64,000 nucleotides of DNA from an uncultured Candidatus Saccharibacteria bacterium (GTDB taxonomy: Bacteria; Patescibacteriota; Saccharimonadia; Saccharimonadales; UBA7683): contig CAZIPE010000006.1 of the NCBI GenBank assembly GCA_964541305.1, forward strand, positions 1,957-65,956, read 5' to 3'. Positions 9,568 through 18,613 of this stretch are shown piece after piece. Made by a program: the position numbers and the translations under genes. Positions within the stretch are counted from its first letter, which is position 1, and each line of letters starts with the position of its first letter. The notes under the pieces were generated by a model. That model made no database searches and was not told the origin of the DNA. It saw only the letters and a program-made list of their open reading frames with translations.

Positions 9568-10356
9568 TTATGGTCGGAGTGTGCCGGCAAACACTTGCCA
9601 CGCCAAGGCTGATTTTGCTACTAAACTTAAGATGATATAGGCCCGTTCACCGTACAAGTAGTCTGACCATTTACCCACCTTCTTGTACTGCAATATCATG
9701 TTTATTGCAAAACAATTGAAGAACACAAAAATTGAGACGAATATCCAATATACAAACGTTGGTGGTTTACTACCGTCTTGTGCTGAGAGGAAGAAATACA
9801 ATGCAACCACTAACCATGGGACGATACCTGCTAGACAACCAATCCAGTAAGTAATCCACTTCGGTTTTTCAAGACCTTGATTACTTACCTCCATAGCTAA
9901 GCCAAGCAGGTTCATTATGGCAGTGAGTGCAAATATCATACCCAGGCTAGCCAAGTCATATATACCCACTAACATAGAGATTGCTACCATCATTGTGCTA
10001 GCTGATACTGAATACTCAATCCATCGTGCTTTATTGATGCCCTGCTTCAAATTCTTTTCATACGTCTTTCGGTAGACAGTCGCTATTAACAGATGCGCTA
10101 GCGACGATATCACGAGAAAGCCGACAATCAAATACGCCAATGGAATTTCAAATAGCACTTTATTAGCAGGATCTAACTTTTGCGTAGCTTCATTGAATGA
10201 TAAAAAACTTCCGATAACGGGTAGTTTAAAATCTGTGCTTATAAGCAAGATAATTACCGCCTGAACACCGTGTAGCCCAGTCATCACTAAATTAAACCTG
10301 TGTAATTTTTCCAATTTTGACTTGGTAGACTGACTCTTTTTTACCATATACCCCAC
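9568..10356 (-). CDS. heliorhodopsin (7-TM retinal protein)
   Basis: 262 aa with 7 hydrophobic helices. The C-terminal GERAYIILSLVAKSALAWQVFAGTL is near-identical to the TM7 Schiff-base-lysine segment of heliorhodopsin 48C12 as I remember it. RWIEYSVSAS (counterion Glu), GCLAGIVPW and the two conserved His positions are also present. Confidence 0.78.
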   Translation of the reverse strand: MGYMVKKSQSTKSKLEKLHRFNLVMTGLHGVQAVIILLISTDFKLPVIGSFLSFNEATQKLDPANKVLFEIPLAYLIVGFLVISSLAHLLIATVYRKTYEKNLKQGINKARWIEYSVSASTMMVAISMLVGIYDLASLGMIFALTAIMNLLGLAMEVSNQGLEKPKWITYWIGCLAGIVPWLVVALYFFLSAQDGSKPPTFVYWIFVSIFVFFNCFAINMILQYKKVGKWSDYLYGERAYIILSLVAKSALAWQVFAGTLRP

Positions 10357-10415
10357 TTTCTTTCTTCTATACTAGTCAGCAAATCCTAAAAACACAAGCA
10401 TTACGTACGACCAAG

Positions 10416-11948
10416 CTACGCTATAAATTTGAGTCGGTTAATGAGCCAATCACGCGGAAGCAGACTTAAGAACCAGCCGGCACGTGGTCCGGAGTCTTTA
10501 CCGATAAGAGCTTGGTACAGCGTAGTAAACAGCTCCTTCGGCTCAAGTTCAACCTTTTCCTTGAATTCATATATTGCTTGATGAAACCACGCCCCGTCAG
10601 CATCTTCAGGAGCTTCACTAATTTTTTGTGCCAACTGTGCAAGATATAGCTTCTGAGCATCATTAAATTTACCCGAATCCACCGTATCTTGAAGTTCAAA
10701 CTTCACCTCTTCGGGTGCTTTTTTTTGAAGCCATGAATCAATAAATTTTAGCTCTTTCTTAAGAATATCTGCGTCGGCTTCTGCCGTTTCTTTGTGCTCA
10801 GTTCGCTTAATAACTTCAATAGTTTTACTCACATCTTTAAGAGATGCTTGGTAACTTGCAACTAGGTGCGTAAATGGAATATTACTAGCTGTTGGCTCGT
10901 CTACCCCGTGTAGACATAGATCAATAAGCTGCTGCTCTTCAGGAGTTTTGTCTTTCTTGGCAAGTAATTGTGCGAAATCATCAAATAAACGTATGAGCGT
11001 ATCTGTTTCGTCAAAATATAGCATTTTTTCGGGCCCCGCTCTAAGCAAAAAGAACCAGATAATTTCAGGTGGCATAAGTTCAAGAAGTTCTGCAGCCGTT
11101 ACAACGTCGCCTTTACTCTTACTCATTTTTTTTGTTTCGCCCGTTTTGTTGATAAATGCGTACGGAACGGGATATGGCGCCTCACTTCCAAAAACTTTTT
11201 GAACAATCACTTTACCTGTGTCGTATGATCCACCTTTAGTGGCATGATCACGACCAAATGGCTCTACGTGAACGTTCATCATCCACCAGCGAGCAGGCCA
11301 ATCGATTCTCCAATTTAGTTTTACTTGACCATCTGCATAGCTAATTTCCGCCTCTTTATTATCGGCTGAAATATAGGTAATCTTCCTCTGCTCAGTATTA
11401 ATAGCCTTGAATTGACGATTTTTAAGCCGATTGTTTTCAATTACCTGGATTGGTGACCACTGTTCATCGAGACTGCGACCAGAGACGTCCTCTAGTATTT
11501 TTCTTATTTCAGTGCTGTTATCGAGCGCTTTTTCAATAGCTGGAACGAAGTAACCCTCACGATACTTCTCGTGAGCACGCACTACTTCCATACTCAAACC
11601 CATTTCTTCAGCAGCATCCAACAATGCCTGTACAAAAAAATCACCATAAGATTTGTCTGCTCCATCGGGCGATGGCACGTCACACAGTGGCATCCCAAGA
11701 TACTTCTCAAAACTAGCATCTACATCAGCAGGCACTTTCCTAAATATATCTAAGTCATCGCAAATATGCAGGTGTCGTGCATCACGCCCACGACGTCGAA
11801 TCTCAACAGCTATAATCTCGGCCGTTAAAACTTCCCTGAGCGTACCAAGGTGGTATGTCCCTGATGGTGAAACACCCGATGAGACAACGATTTCACCATC
11901 AGGGTGTCGCTCGAGTACTTCATCTACAATTTTATTCAACCACTGCAT
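10416..11948 (-). CDS. lysK: lysyl-tRNA synthetase, class I
   Basis: 510 aa with a class I Rossmann fold: HIGH-type SGTYHLGTLRE and KMSKSKG. This is not the class II LysS architecture. Confidence 0.9.
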   Translation of the reverse strand: MQWLNKIVDEVLERHPDGEIVVSSGVSPSGTYHLGTLREVLTAEIIAVEIRRRGRDARHLHICDDLDIFRKVPADVDASFEKYLGMPLCDVPSPDGADKSYGDFFVQALLDAAEEMGLSMEVVRAHEKYREGYFVPAIEKALDNSTEIRKILEDVSGRSLDEQWSPIQVIENNRLKNRQFKAINTEQRKITYISADNKEAEISYADGQVKLNWRIDWPARWWMMNVHVEPFGRDHATKGGSYDTGKVIVQKVFGSEAPYPVPYAFINKTGETKKMSKSKGDVVTAAELLELMPPEIIWFFLLRAGPEKMLYFDETDTLIRLFDDFAQLLAKKDKTPEEQQLIDLCLHGVDEPTASNIPFTHLVASYQASLKDVSKTIEVIKRTEHKETAEADADILKKELKFIDSWLQKKAPEEVKFELQDTVDSGKFNDAQKLYLAQLAQKISEAPEDADGAWFHQAIYEFKEKVELEPKELFTTLYQALIGKDSGPRAGWFLSLLPRDWLINRLKFIA

Positions 11949-12043
11949 ATTGGGCTTAATTATACCCTATCAACAGATATAAAACGAGTTGCGTGGTTCA
12001 TTAGGTGTACGTAAACGAATTAACTCATGGGCTGATTGATGGA

Positions 12044-12595
12044 TTACTTTTTCTCAATAGACTTTATAATCTTGATGAAGTCGTCCTGAAAATCCAAAAG
12101 GTTGATACTTAGCACCTTCTCGGCATACGCTTTGTCGTTTATCGAACGACTGTCATCATAACTGACATGAAACTGTACTATATACCCCTCGTTGTTGTTT
12201 CCATAAAATCCAGTTACTGAGGTTGTTGAATCTCCTAACTTCCTTCCACAAAATTTTAAGCCGTCTACCTGAAAAACCTCTGATCCGAGAGTTTTTCCGC
12301 AAGTTATTGACGAAACCGGTTTGCTGATAGCTTTTGAAATAGTGAGTGCCACACCAATGTCGCCAGTTATTGGGTGAAATACTGCGTTCTCGTCTGATTC
12401 TAAATAAACTTTTTCGGATAGAGATATCGTTTGGTAATCTTTATAGTACTTTAAAGAATACGTAGCACCACCCTTATTGGTGTACTCTATTTTTTTGAAC
12501 TTAAAAATATTTACATACGCATACATTGATAATCCGACAATCAAAATGAGTAGAAAGCCTAGAAATATAATGAACTTGATCTTCTTGTTTGCCAT
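12044..12595 (-). CDS. hypothetical membrane-anchored protein
   Basis: 183 aa with a single N-terminal TM helix (FIIFLGFLLILIVGLSMYAYV). Confidence 0.55.
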   Translation of the reverse strand: MANKKIKFIIFLGFLLILIVGLSMYAYVNIFKFKKIEYTNKGGATYSLKYYKDYQTISLSEKVYLESDENAVFHPITGDIGVALTISKAISKPVSSITCGKTLGSEVFQVDGLKFCGRKLGDSTTSVTGFYGNNNEGYIVQFHVSYDDSRSINDKAYAEKVLSINLLDFQDDFIKIIKSIEKK

Positions 12596-12664
12596 TTGAA
12601 GCTAGTTTAGCACAATCAATATAGAACTTGCGAAAAACCTTACAACTAGCTAGGCCTGAATTAT

Positions 12665-13120
12665 TTAGGCAATTTCTTGGAGTTCGTAGGTAGTTTTGCC
12701 GGCGGGGAGTTCAATTACTACTTTTTCACTAACTTTTTTACCCATAAGCGCCTGACCAATTGGTGATTGGTCTGAAATTTTAGACTGCGCGGGATCGGCT
12801 TCAACTGAATCTACAATATGATAGGTGACAGTTTTTCGACCACTCTTGAGAGTAACTTTATTACCAATGCTTACGCTATTTTTTGGAGCACGGCTCACAA
12901 TTTCAGTATTCGCTAAAATGTGGTTGATTTCATCCATGCGATTGTCAATTCGTTCCTGGTCTTCTTTAGCGCTGTGATATTCAGCGTTTTCGCTCAAATC
13001 ACCCTGATCGCGAGCATCTTTGATTGCTTCAATAACTAATACGCGCTTAGCGGTAAGATCTTTAAGCTCAGCCTTTAGCTCTGCAACGCCGTCTTTTGTA
13101 AGTTGAAATTCTTTTTTCAT
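12665..13120 (-). CDS. greA: transcription elongation factor GreA
   Basis: 151 aa with an N-terminal coiled coil (DLSENAEYHSAKE) and a C-terminal FKBP-like domain. Confidence 0.93.
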   Translation of the reverse strand: MKKEFQLTKDGVAELKAELKDLTAKRVLVIEAIKDARDQGDLSENAEYHSAKEDQERIDNRMDEINHILANTEIVSRAPKNSVSIGNKVTLKSGRKTVTYHIVDSVEADPAQSKISDQSPIGQALMGKKVSEKVVIELPAGKTTYELQEIA

Positions 13121-13225
13121 GTCCGATTCTTCCTCTACTTAATTGTTTTAGCATTCAGTTTAAAAATAAAGCGCTCGTAGCGTGTGTACTACTGCGCATG
13201 GCACATTATTTACTTTTGCCCCATG

Positions 13226-13254
13226 ATTGTAGCACTGCACTTTTTATTTGTAAA
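13226..13254 (-). promoter_or_regulatory. sigma70-type promoter for greA (TTTACA-17-TACAAT)
   Basis: The minus strand reads TTTACAaataaaaagtgcagtgcTACAAT. Confidence 0.5.
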
Positions 13255-13311
13255 CTACAAATTTTCTACATGTAGAGTACTCTGCTTTTATGGTTACGCT
13301 ATATGTAGCGT

Positions 13312-14550
13312 TTAGAGCATTTTCAAAAGATCGCCCTCTGATACAATTCGCAAGTCTTTTTCACTACGTTTTTTATATTCTAAACCGCCAGCAGAAATAG
13401 ACTTCTCACTCACTACTACTCGGTGCGGAATGCCAATCAGATCAGCATCGGCAAACTTCTCTCCGGCTCGTGCATCGCGATCATCATACAAAACTTCGAT
13501 TCCCTGCTTTTGAAGCTTATTATACAACTCGTCAGCTGGTTGAGAATCCTGACCTAAGCTTATTAAATGCACCTTTGCTGGTGCAACTGATTCAGGCCAC
13601 ACAAGCCCTGCTTCGTCAGAGAAATGCTCGGCAATTGCACCAACCAAGCGACTAACACCAATACCATAGCACCCTGCGATAATACTTTGCTTTTGACCAT
13701 CTGCGTCGGTATAAAAAACATCGAGTGCATCGGTATATTTACTTTCTAATGGGAATATATTGCCCACTTCGATTGCTCTGCATTCTTCAAGCTTAGATTT
13801 ATCAATATCTATACTAGCCAGTCGCTCATCATCTATTACTTCTTTATTCACGGCAATTTTACGTTTTTTATCAACGAATATAGTATCCTCGCCAATATCA
13901 CTGAGCATTTGAAACTCGTCACTAAATCGCTCTGTAAAAATGCCACCGTCAGCGTATGTACGATATGTTATATCCCCAATTCCCAGTCGCCGATATACCT
14001 TGCTATACGCTAAAGCTACTTTCTCATATATATCGTCGTGCTCTTCTTGTGTGCGTGCGAATGAATACATATCTTTCATCACAAACTCACGTCCACGAAG
14101 CAATCCTGCTTGGGCTCTGAGTTCATTTCTAAATTTAGTTTGAATCTGGTAGATCAGTACGGGTAAATCCTTATATGAGTTAATATAGTCTGATAACATA
14201 TCAACTATGGGCTCTTCATGAGTGAGGCCCATACCAAGCTCAGATCCATTAACAAGTCTAGTCTTGAACCAATTATCAACTTTCTTGTCATCCCATCTGT
14301 CGGTTTTCTCAAAAATTTCTTTTGGTTGCAATACGGTCATTTGCACCTCTTGACCGCTAACTGCGTCCATTTCCTCTCGAATAATCTTCTTGATATTATC
14401 TAAAACCTTAAGTCCTAGTGGCATAAATACATACACTCCTGCCATTTCTTTATGAACAAACCCTGATCGAATAAGCAACTGGGCATTTTTGGCCACCTCA
14501 TCCGTTGGTGCCTGCTTTAGTGTTTTTGTGAATAGTTTTGATAATCTCAT
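13312..14550 (-). CDS. proS: prolyl-tRNA synthetase, bacterial type lacking the INS editing domain
   Basis: 412 aa with class II motifs (FRNELRAQAGLLRGREFVMKDMYSF; GCYGIGVSRLVGAIAE). Only about 125 aa separate motifs 2 and 3. Confidence 0.9.
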   Translation of the reverse strand: MRLSKLFTKTLKQAPTDEVAKNAQLLIRSGFVHKEMAGVYVFMPLGLKVLDNIKKIIREEMDAVSGQEVQMTVLQPKEIFEKTDRWDDKKVDNWFKTRLVNGSELGMGLTHEEPIVDMLSDYINSYKDLPVLIYQIQTKFRNELRAQAGLLRGREFVMKDMYSFARTQEEHDDIYEKVALAYSKVYRRLGIGDITYRTYADGGIFTERFSDEFQMLSDIGEDTIFVDKKRKIAVNKEVIDDERLASIDIDKSKLEECRAIEVGNIFPLESKYTDALDVFYTDADGQKQSIIAGCYGIGVSRLVGAIAEHFSDEAGLVWPESVAPAKVHLISLGQDSQPADELYNKLQKQGIEVLYDDRDARAGEKFADADLIGIPHRVVVSEKSISAGGLEYKKRSEKDLRIVSEGDLLKML

Positions 14551-14554
14551 AGAA

Positions 14555-15328
14555 TTATCCTACCACAAATTCAGTTGCATCTTTTCCACTCATATCTTTA
14601 TTTATACCCGCAATTCTCGTATAGATCCCGGCGCCAGCAGACTCCCGGGCAGCATTAACTTTTGTTATTAATCCACCCCTTCCCATTGAACTGCTTTGCC
14701 TTTTTTGAGCAATATCGCGCACTTTATTAATGTTTATTTTATCAACTCGACTTATTAGATTACCGCTATCATCAAAGATACCACCCTTTTTAGTAAATAA
14801 CGTCAGCGAGCGAGCGCCCACTGCTCTTGCGACGTGTGCAGCAAGTCCATCATTATCTCCACCGCAGGCCAGTAACATCAACTCAATATCGCTCAGAGCA
14901 TCTGCTTCATTAATAATTGACACTATGCCTTGTTTAGCGTTTTCTATAAGCATCTCTACAAAATTTGTATCTGAGCTACCTGCGCTAATATCATTAAGCT
15001 GGTGGTGTGTTATTGGGTAGCTTGAAGCACCCCTTCGTTGTTCAAGAAATGCAGTTTCCCACGCATTAAATACAGCAGTCGCGCCTAGACCTGCACACAT
15101 CTTATCTGAAAGTTCCAGAGCCTCCTCAACACCATATAGCTCACGCGCTCGAGCGCGGCCCGTCGCCACAGCTCCGGAGGTGACTACAATCAGACCATCC
15201 TGATATTGCTCACAAAGCCCAGAAACATACTTATTAATTGCAGTCGTGTTCAACCCATTGTCTGTATCAGTAACCAGATTCGATCCAAATTTTACAACGT
15301 CAATTTTATTGTTCATCATTTTCTCCAT
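14555..15328 (-). CDS. proB: glutamate 5-kinase-like amino-acid kinase (no PUA domain)
   Basis: 257 aa. VVKFGSNLVT, VVTSGAVATGR, INEADA..GGDNDGLAA and GRGGLITKVNAA align with ProB motifs. Confidence 0.7.
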   Translation of the reverse strand: MEKMMNNKIDVVKFGSNLVTDTDNGLNTTAINKYVSGLCEQYQDGLIVVTSGAVATGRARARELYGVEEALELSDKMCAGLGATAVFNAWETAFLEQRRGASSYPITHHQLNDISAGSSDTNFVEMLIENAKQGIVSIINEADALSDIELMLLACGGDNDGLAAHVARAVGARSLTLFTKKGGIFDDSGNLISRVDKININKVRDIAQKRQSSSMGRGGLITKVNAARESAGAGIYTRIAGINKDMSGKDATEFVVG

Positions 15329-15458
15329 TAAAAATCCCCTCTTTTGCTGAGGGGTGTTATCTTTACATTTATTTCATTACGCAAAATTACACCCGTGTGT
15401 GTGGAGTCGGCAAAACAGAATATGTGTATTGATAACTCATTACTTTCATATTATAGCA
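15329..15458 (-). promoter_or_regulatory. proB-proS promoter (extended -10 TGcTATAAT) plus leader with an SD-sequestering terminator-like hairpin
   Basis: The -10 box is at 15450-15455. The hairpin pairs CCCCUC (15349-15354) with the SD GAGGGG (15336-15341) and is followed by UUUUU and the ATG. A competing pairing, GGGUGU (15389-15394) with ACACCC (15352-15357), is also possible. Confidence 0.45.
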
Positions 15459-15463
15459 TTTTT

Positions 15464-16156
15464 TTATTTAACAACAAACAGTATAAGAAATGCTACTGAG
15501 TTTTTTAGCGCATGGAGTGTAATACTCGGAATCAAGCTATTACTCTTTTCTAGTAGCCAGCAGAGTGCCAAGCTGAGTGCAAAGGTATCAAGTGCTAAAT
15601 TCCACTGCAAATGTGCAACCGCGAAGACTATACTAACCACAATCATAGTTGGCACAAATGCAATATGCTTTCTGAGACCCCTAAACAACACTCCCCTGAA
15701 AATTATCTCTTCAAAAACTGGCACAATTATCACCAAGCTGACGAACGCAACCAAAAGTTCTATACCTGAAAGATTTTTTGCAAACCCAATATCCTGAGCT
15801 TGATTACTATCAAAACTCGGAAAAAGCTGTTTGACAATCAGTGCGAGAGCAACGGTAAAACACAGATATGCCACAAAAAGTGGAAGCACCATCAACATAT
15901 TTTTAAGTGTCGGTCGCCTCCCGAAGGCTTCTTTAAGAGATGTAATTTTACTAAACCCAAGCAGAACAACAAGCACTATCAGATTAATGGCGCTGAAGAT
16001 AGCAATCTGAATATTTTGAGATGACACGAACTGCTGTAACGGTAAAAATAATAGACCACCAATAAGTTGTGCTCCAAAAAATAGCAGCACGCTCAATACT
16101 ACAACAAGCAACGTACTTTGTGCCTTCTTTACGTCGCTATGTTTTTTTTCATCCAT
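15464..16156 (-). CDS. CPBP family intramembrane glutamic endopeptidase (CAAX protease-like)
   Basis: 230 aa, multi-TM, with motifs EEIIFRGVLF, FAVAHL and HALKN. Confidence 0.85.
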   Translation of the reverse strand: MDEKKHSDVKKAQSTLLVVVLSVLLFFGAQLIGGLLFLPLQQFVSSQNIQIAIFSAINLIVLVVLLGFSKITSLKEAFGRRPTLKNMLMVLPLFVAYLCFTVALALIVKQLFPSFDSNQAQDIGFAKNLSGIELLVAFVSLVIIVPVFEEIIFRGVLFRGLRKHIAFVPTMIVVSIVFAVAHLQWNLALDTFALSLALCWLLEKSNSLIPSITLHALKNSVAFLILFVVK

Positions 16157-16163
16157 GCTAGAG

Positions 16164-17243
16164 CTAGCGCCATATTCGATTTACATCAACCACCGTAATA
16201 ACGAGTGCGAGAAGCAGAAGTATAATCATACCTGTTCCATGAATTTTTTCTTCACGCTCTTTTGTGAGGGGCTTCTTCATAACTTTGTACAGTGCCATAA
16301 CAAACAATCTTCCACCATCAAGCGCGGGTATGGGCAAGCTATTCATAACCGCCAAGCTAACTGAGATCACACCAATTAGAAACAGTACGAACACAAAACC
16401 CTGATCAGCTAGGGATTTGAGAGTTACAACAATACCAACGGGGCCTGTGACGCTCTCAGACGCCTCTTTGCCGTTGCCACTAAAAAGATTGCCAAGTGCC
16501 GTAGCGATTCCTTTATAGGTTTCAGCGGTGAATTGAATGGTTGCTCCCACGCCAACAATTGGCGCAGACCAGGTCGAACGAACAAGGGTGTTTTCACCAG
16601 GAGCGACCCCAAAATTACCTTTCTGTGGATCATTGCGAAGTAGCACTTTTTTAGTAACTTGTTCACCATCTTTTTCATAGACTACGACCACCTCTTTACC
16701 CGCCCCAGCCGTTGTGGCTTCCCTTAGAATCTGGCTACTTGTGATTGCTTTCCCATCAATACTTACAATTACATCTTGAACTTCGAGACCACTCGCTTCA
16801 GCTGGTGAATCTTTCTCAACTACACCGGCAAAGACTTCTTGGCGAATAACTTTTGCATCACTTTTAACCTGGAACTGATTATCAATTAATTGTGGCATAC
16901 CAATAAAGGCAATGATTGTGAAGATAACTGCGGCAGCCAACCAGTTCATGAGTACACCTGCAGAAATAATTAATACTTTTTTAGAAAACGTAGCCGCACC
17001 AAATGTACCGGGTGCTGTTGCCGCATCATGCTCGCCCTTCAGCCTCACAAAACCACCGAGCGGTAGCCAGTTCAGTGTGTATGTTGTGCCGTTCTTCTTG
17101 GTGAGAACTCGAGCACGTGGCGGGAAGCCTATGCCAAATTCTTCAACCTCTACCCCGCTTCGCTTTGCAGCAATAAGATGGCCGTACTCATGCACCACCA
17201 CAAGAAAGACAAAGAGTATTAAACCTACAATTACAAGTAACAT
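16164..17243 (-). CDS. rseP: RIP metalloprotease RseP (site-2 protease, M50)
   Basis: HEYGH zinc motif in TM1, a central PDZ-like domain and a C-terminal LDGG motif. Confidence 0.9.
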   Translation of the reverse strand: MLLVIVGLILFVFLVVVHEYGHLIAAKRSGVEVEEFGIGFPPRARVLTKKNGTTYTLNWLPLGGFVRLKGEHDAATAPGTFGAATFSKKVLIISAGVLMNWLAAAVIFTIIAFIGMPQLIDNQFQVKSDAKVIRQEVFAGVVEKDSPAEASGLEVQDVIVSIDGKAITSSQILREATTAGAGKEVVVVYEKDGEQVTKKVLLRNDPQKGNFGVAPGENTLVRSTWSAPIVGVGATIQFTAETYKGIATALGNLFSGNGKEASESVTGPVGIVVTLKSLADQGFVFVLFLIGVISVSLAVMNSLPIPALDGGRLFVMALYKVMKKPLTKEREEKIHGTGMIILLLLALVITVVDVNRIWR

Positions 17244-17263
17244 TATGAACTATTATATCAGAC

Positions 17264-17962
17264 TTAAGCGCCGTATCGTCGCATACGCACCGCGTAATTA
17301 GCGAAGGCATCTTCTAGATCTTGTTCGCTAAATTCAGGCCATCGTTTCTGCGTAAAATACATCTCGGCGTACGCCATACGTGCCAACATAAAATTACTTA
17401 TCCGGTGTTCACCGCTAGTTCGAATCATTAAATCAATTGGCGGAATTTCTGGATGATACAGGTAGTTCACTACCACGTCCTCGTTAATTTTTTCTTCATT
17501 AATTCCCTCTGCAATAATTTTCTTTACAGCATCAGCAATTTCCCTCAAACCTCCGTAGTTAAAACAGAGCGCCAGCGTTCCTCCTGTATTATTCTTTGAA
17601 TCCTCTTCAACTTTGCGCAACGATTCAAGAACCTTTTTCGGTACTCTTTCCTCAATACCAAGCACCACTATTTTTATATTCTCTTTAATCAACTGTTTCG
17701 CATCTTTGGTGGCAATTTTCATGGCGAGATTCATAAGATAATCAACCTCCTCTTTAGTGCGATTCCAGTTTTCGGTTGAAAAAATGTATGCTGAAACAAA
17801 TTTCACACCCTTCTTAAATGCGGACTGTGAAATTGTCTTTAGATTATCGTAGCCCTTTCTGTGACCTACCAGCTTAGGTAAGTTATTTTCAGTTGCCCAA
17901 CGACGGTTTCCGTCGAGTATGAGGCCGAGGTGTTGAGGGATTGATTTAGTAGTTTTCAGCAT
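17264..17962 (-). CDS. uppS: isoprenyl transferase (undecaprenyl diphosphate synthase)
   Basis: HLGLILDGNRRWA and RTSGEHRISNF motifs. Confidence 0.93.
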   Translation of the reverse strand: MLKTTKSIPQHLGLILDGNRRWATENNLPKLVGHRKGYDNLKTISQSAFKKGVKFVSAYIFSTENWNRTKEEVDYLMNLAMKIATKDAKQLIKENIKIVVLGIEERVPKKVLESLRKVEEDSKNNTGGTLALCFNYGGLREIADAVKKIIAEGINEEKINEDVVVNYLYHPEIPPIDLMIRTSGEHRISNFMLARMAYAEMYFTQKRWPEFSEQDLEDAFANYAVRMRRYGA

Positions 17963-17986
17963 ATATATTTATTGTTTTCGATTTTC

Positions 17987-18538
17987 TTATACGGTCATTA
18001 TTTCTTGTTCTTTTGCCTTATGTGCCTCGTCTATTTGTTTTTGAAAATCGTTCATCATTTCCGTTACCTGGTTCTCAACTCGCTTTACATCATCTTCCGA
18101 GAGTTCTTTGGAGTCTTTTTTACTTTTGGCATCTTTTAGGCAATCGTGGCGGATGTTTCGTAATGATATTTTCGCCTCTTCAATAGTATCGCTGAGTGAT
18201 TTAACAATCTGTTTACGGCGCTCTTCGGTAAGAGGTGGCATTGGCACACGAATCACTCGCCCGTCATCAGTTGGGTTCAAGCCTAGGTTTTGATCATTAC
18301 GAATTGAAGTAGCAATAGCCTGTAGATTACTCGGATCAAACGGCGTTATTTGAAGAAGCTGGGCTTCAGGTGCGGTGATATTTGCAACCTGATTAAGTGG
18401 TGTTGGGACGCCGTACGCCTCCACCATTACGCCCTCAATAATAGATGGGTGTGCTCGACCAGTCCGTACCTTTTTAAGTTCATCTACCAAATGGTCTACT
18501 GCGCCTTGCATTTTAACTTTATAACTCGTTATATCCAT
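17987..18538 (-). CDS. frr: ribosome recycling factor
   Basis: 183 aa with typical RRF sequence (VRTGRAHPSIIEGVMVEAYG...LNPTDDGRVIRVPMPPLTEERR). Confidence 0.95.
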   Translation of the reverse strand: MDITSYKVKMQGAVDHLVDELKKVRTGRAHPSIIEGVMVEAYGVPTPLNQVANITAPEAQLLQITPFDPSNLQAIATSIRNDQNLGLNPTDDGRVIRVPMPPLTEERRKQIVKSLSDTIEEAKISLRNIRHDCLKDAKSKKDSKELSEDDVKRVENQVTEMMNDFQKQIDEAHKAKEQEIMTV

Positions 18539-18613
18539 AAGACTCCTTTTATTCTAAACCTATTTTAACAGATATGTTCAGATAATACTCGTGCGCTATA
18601 CTATGAGGTACAC

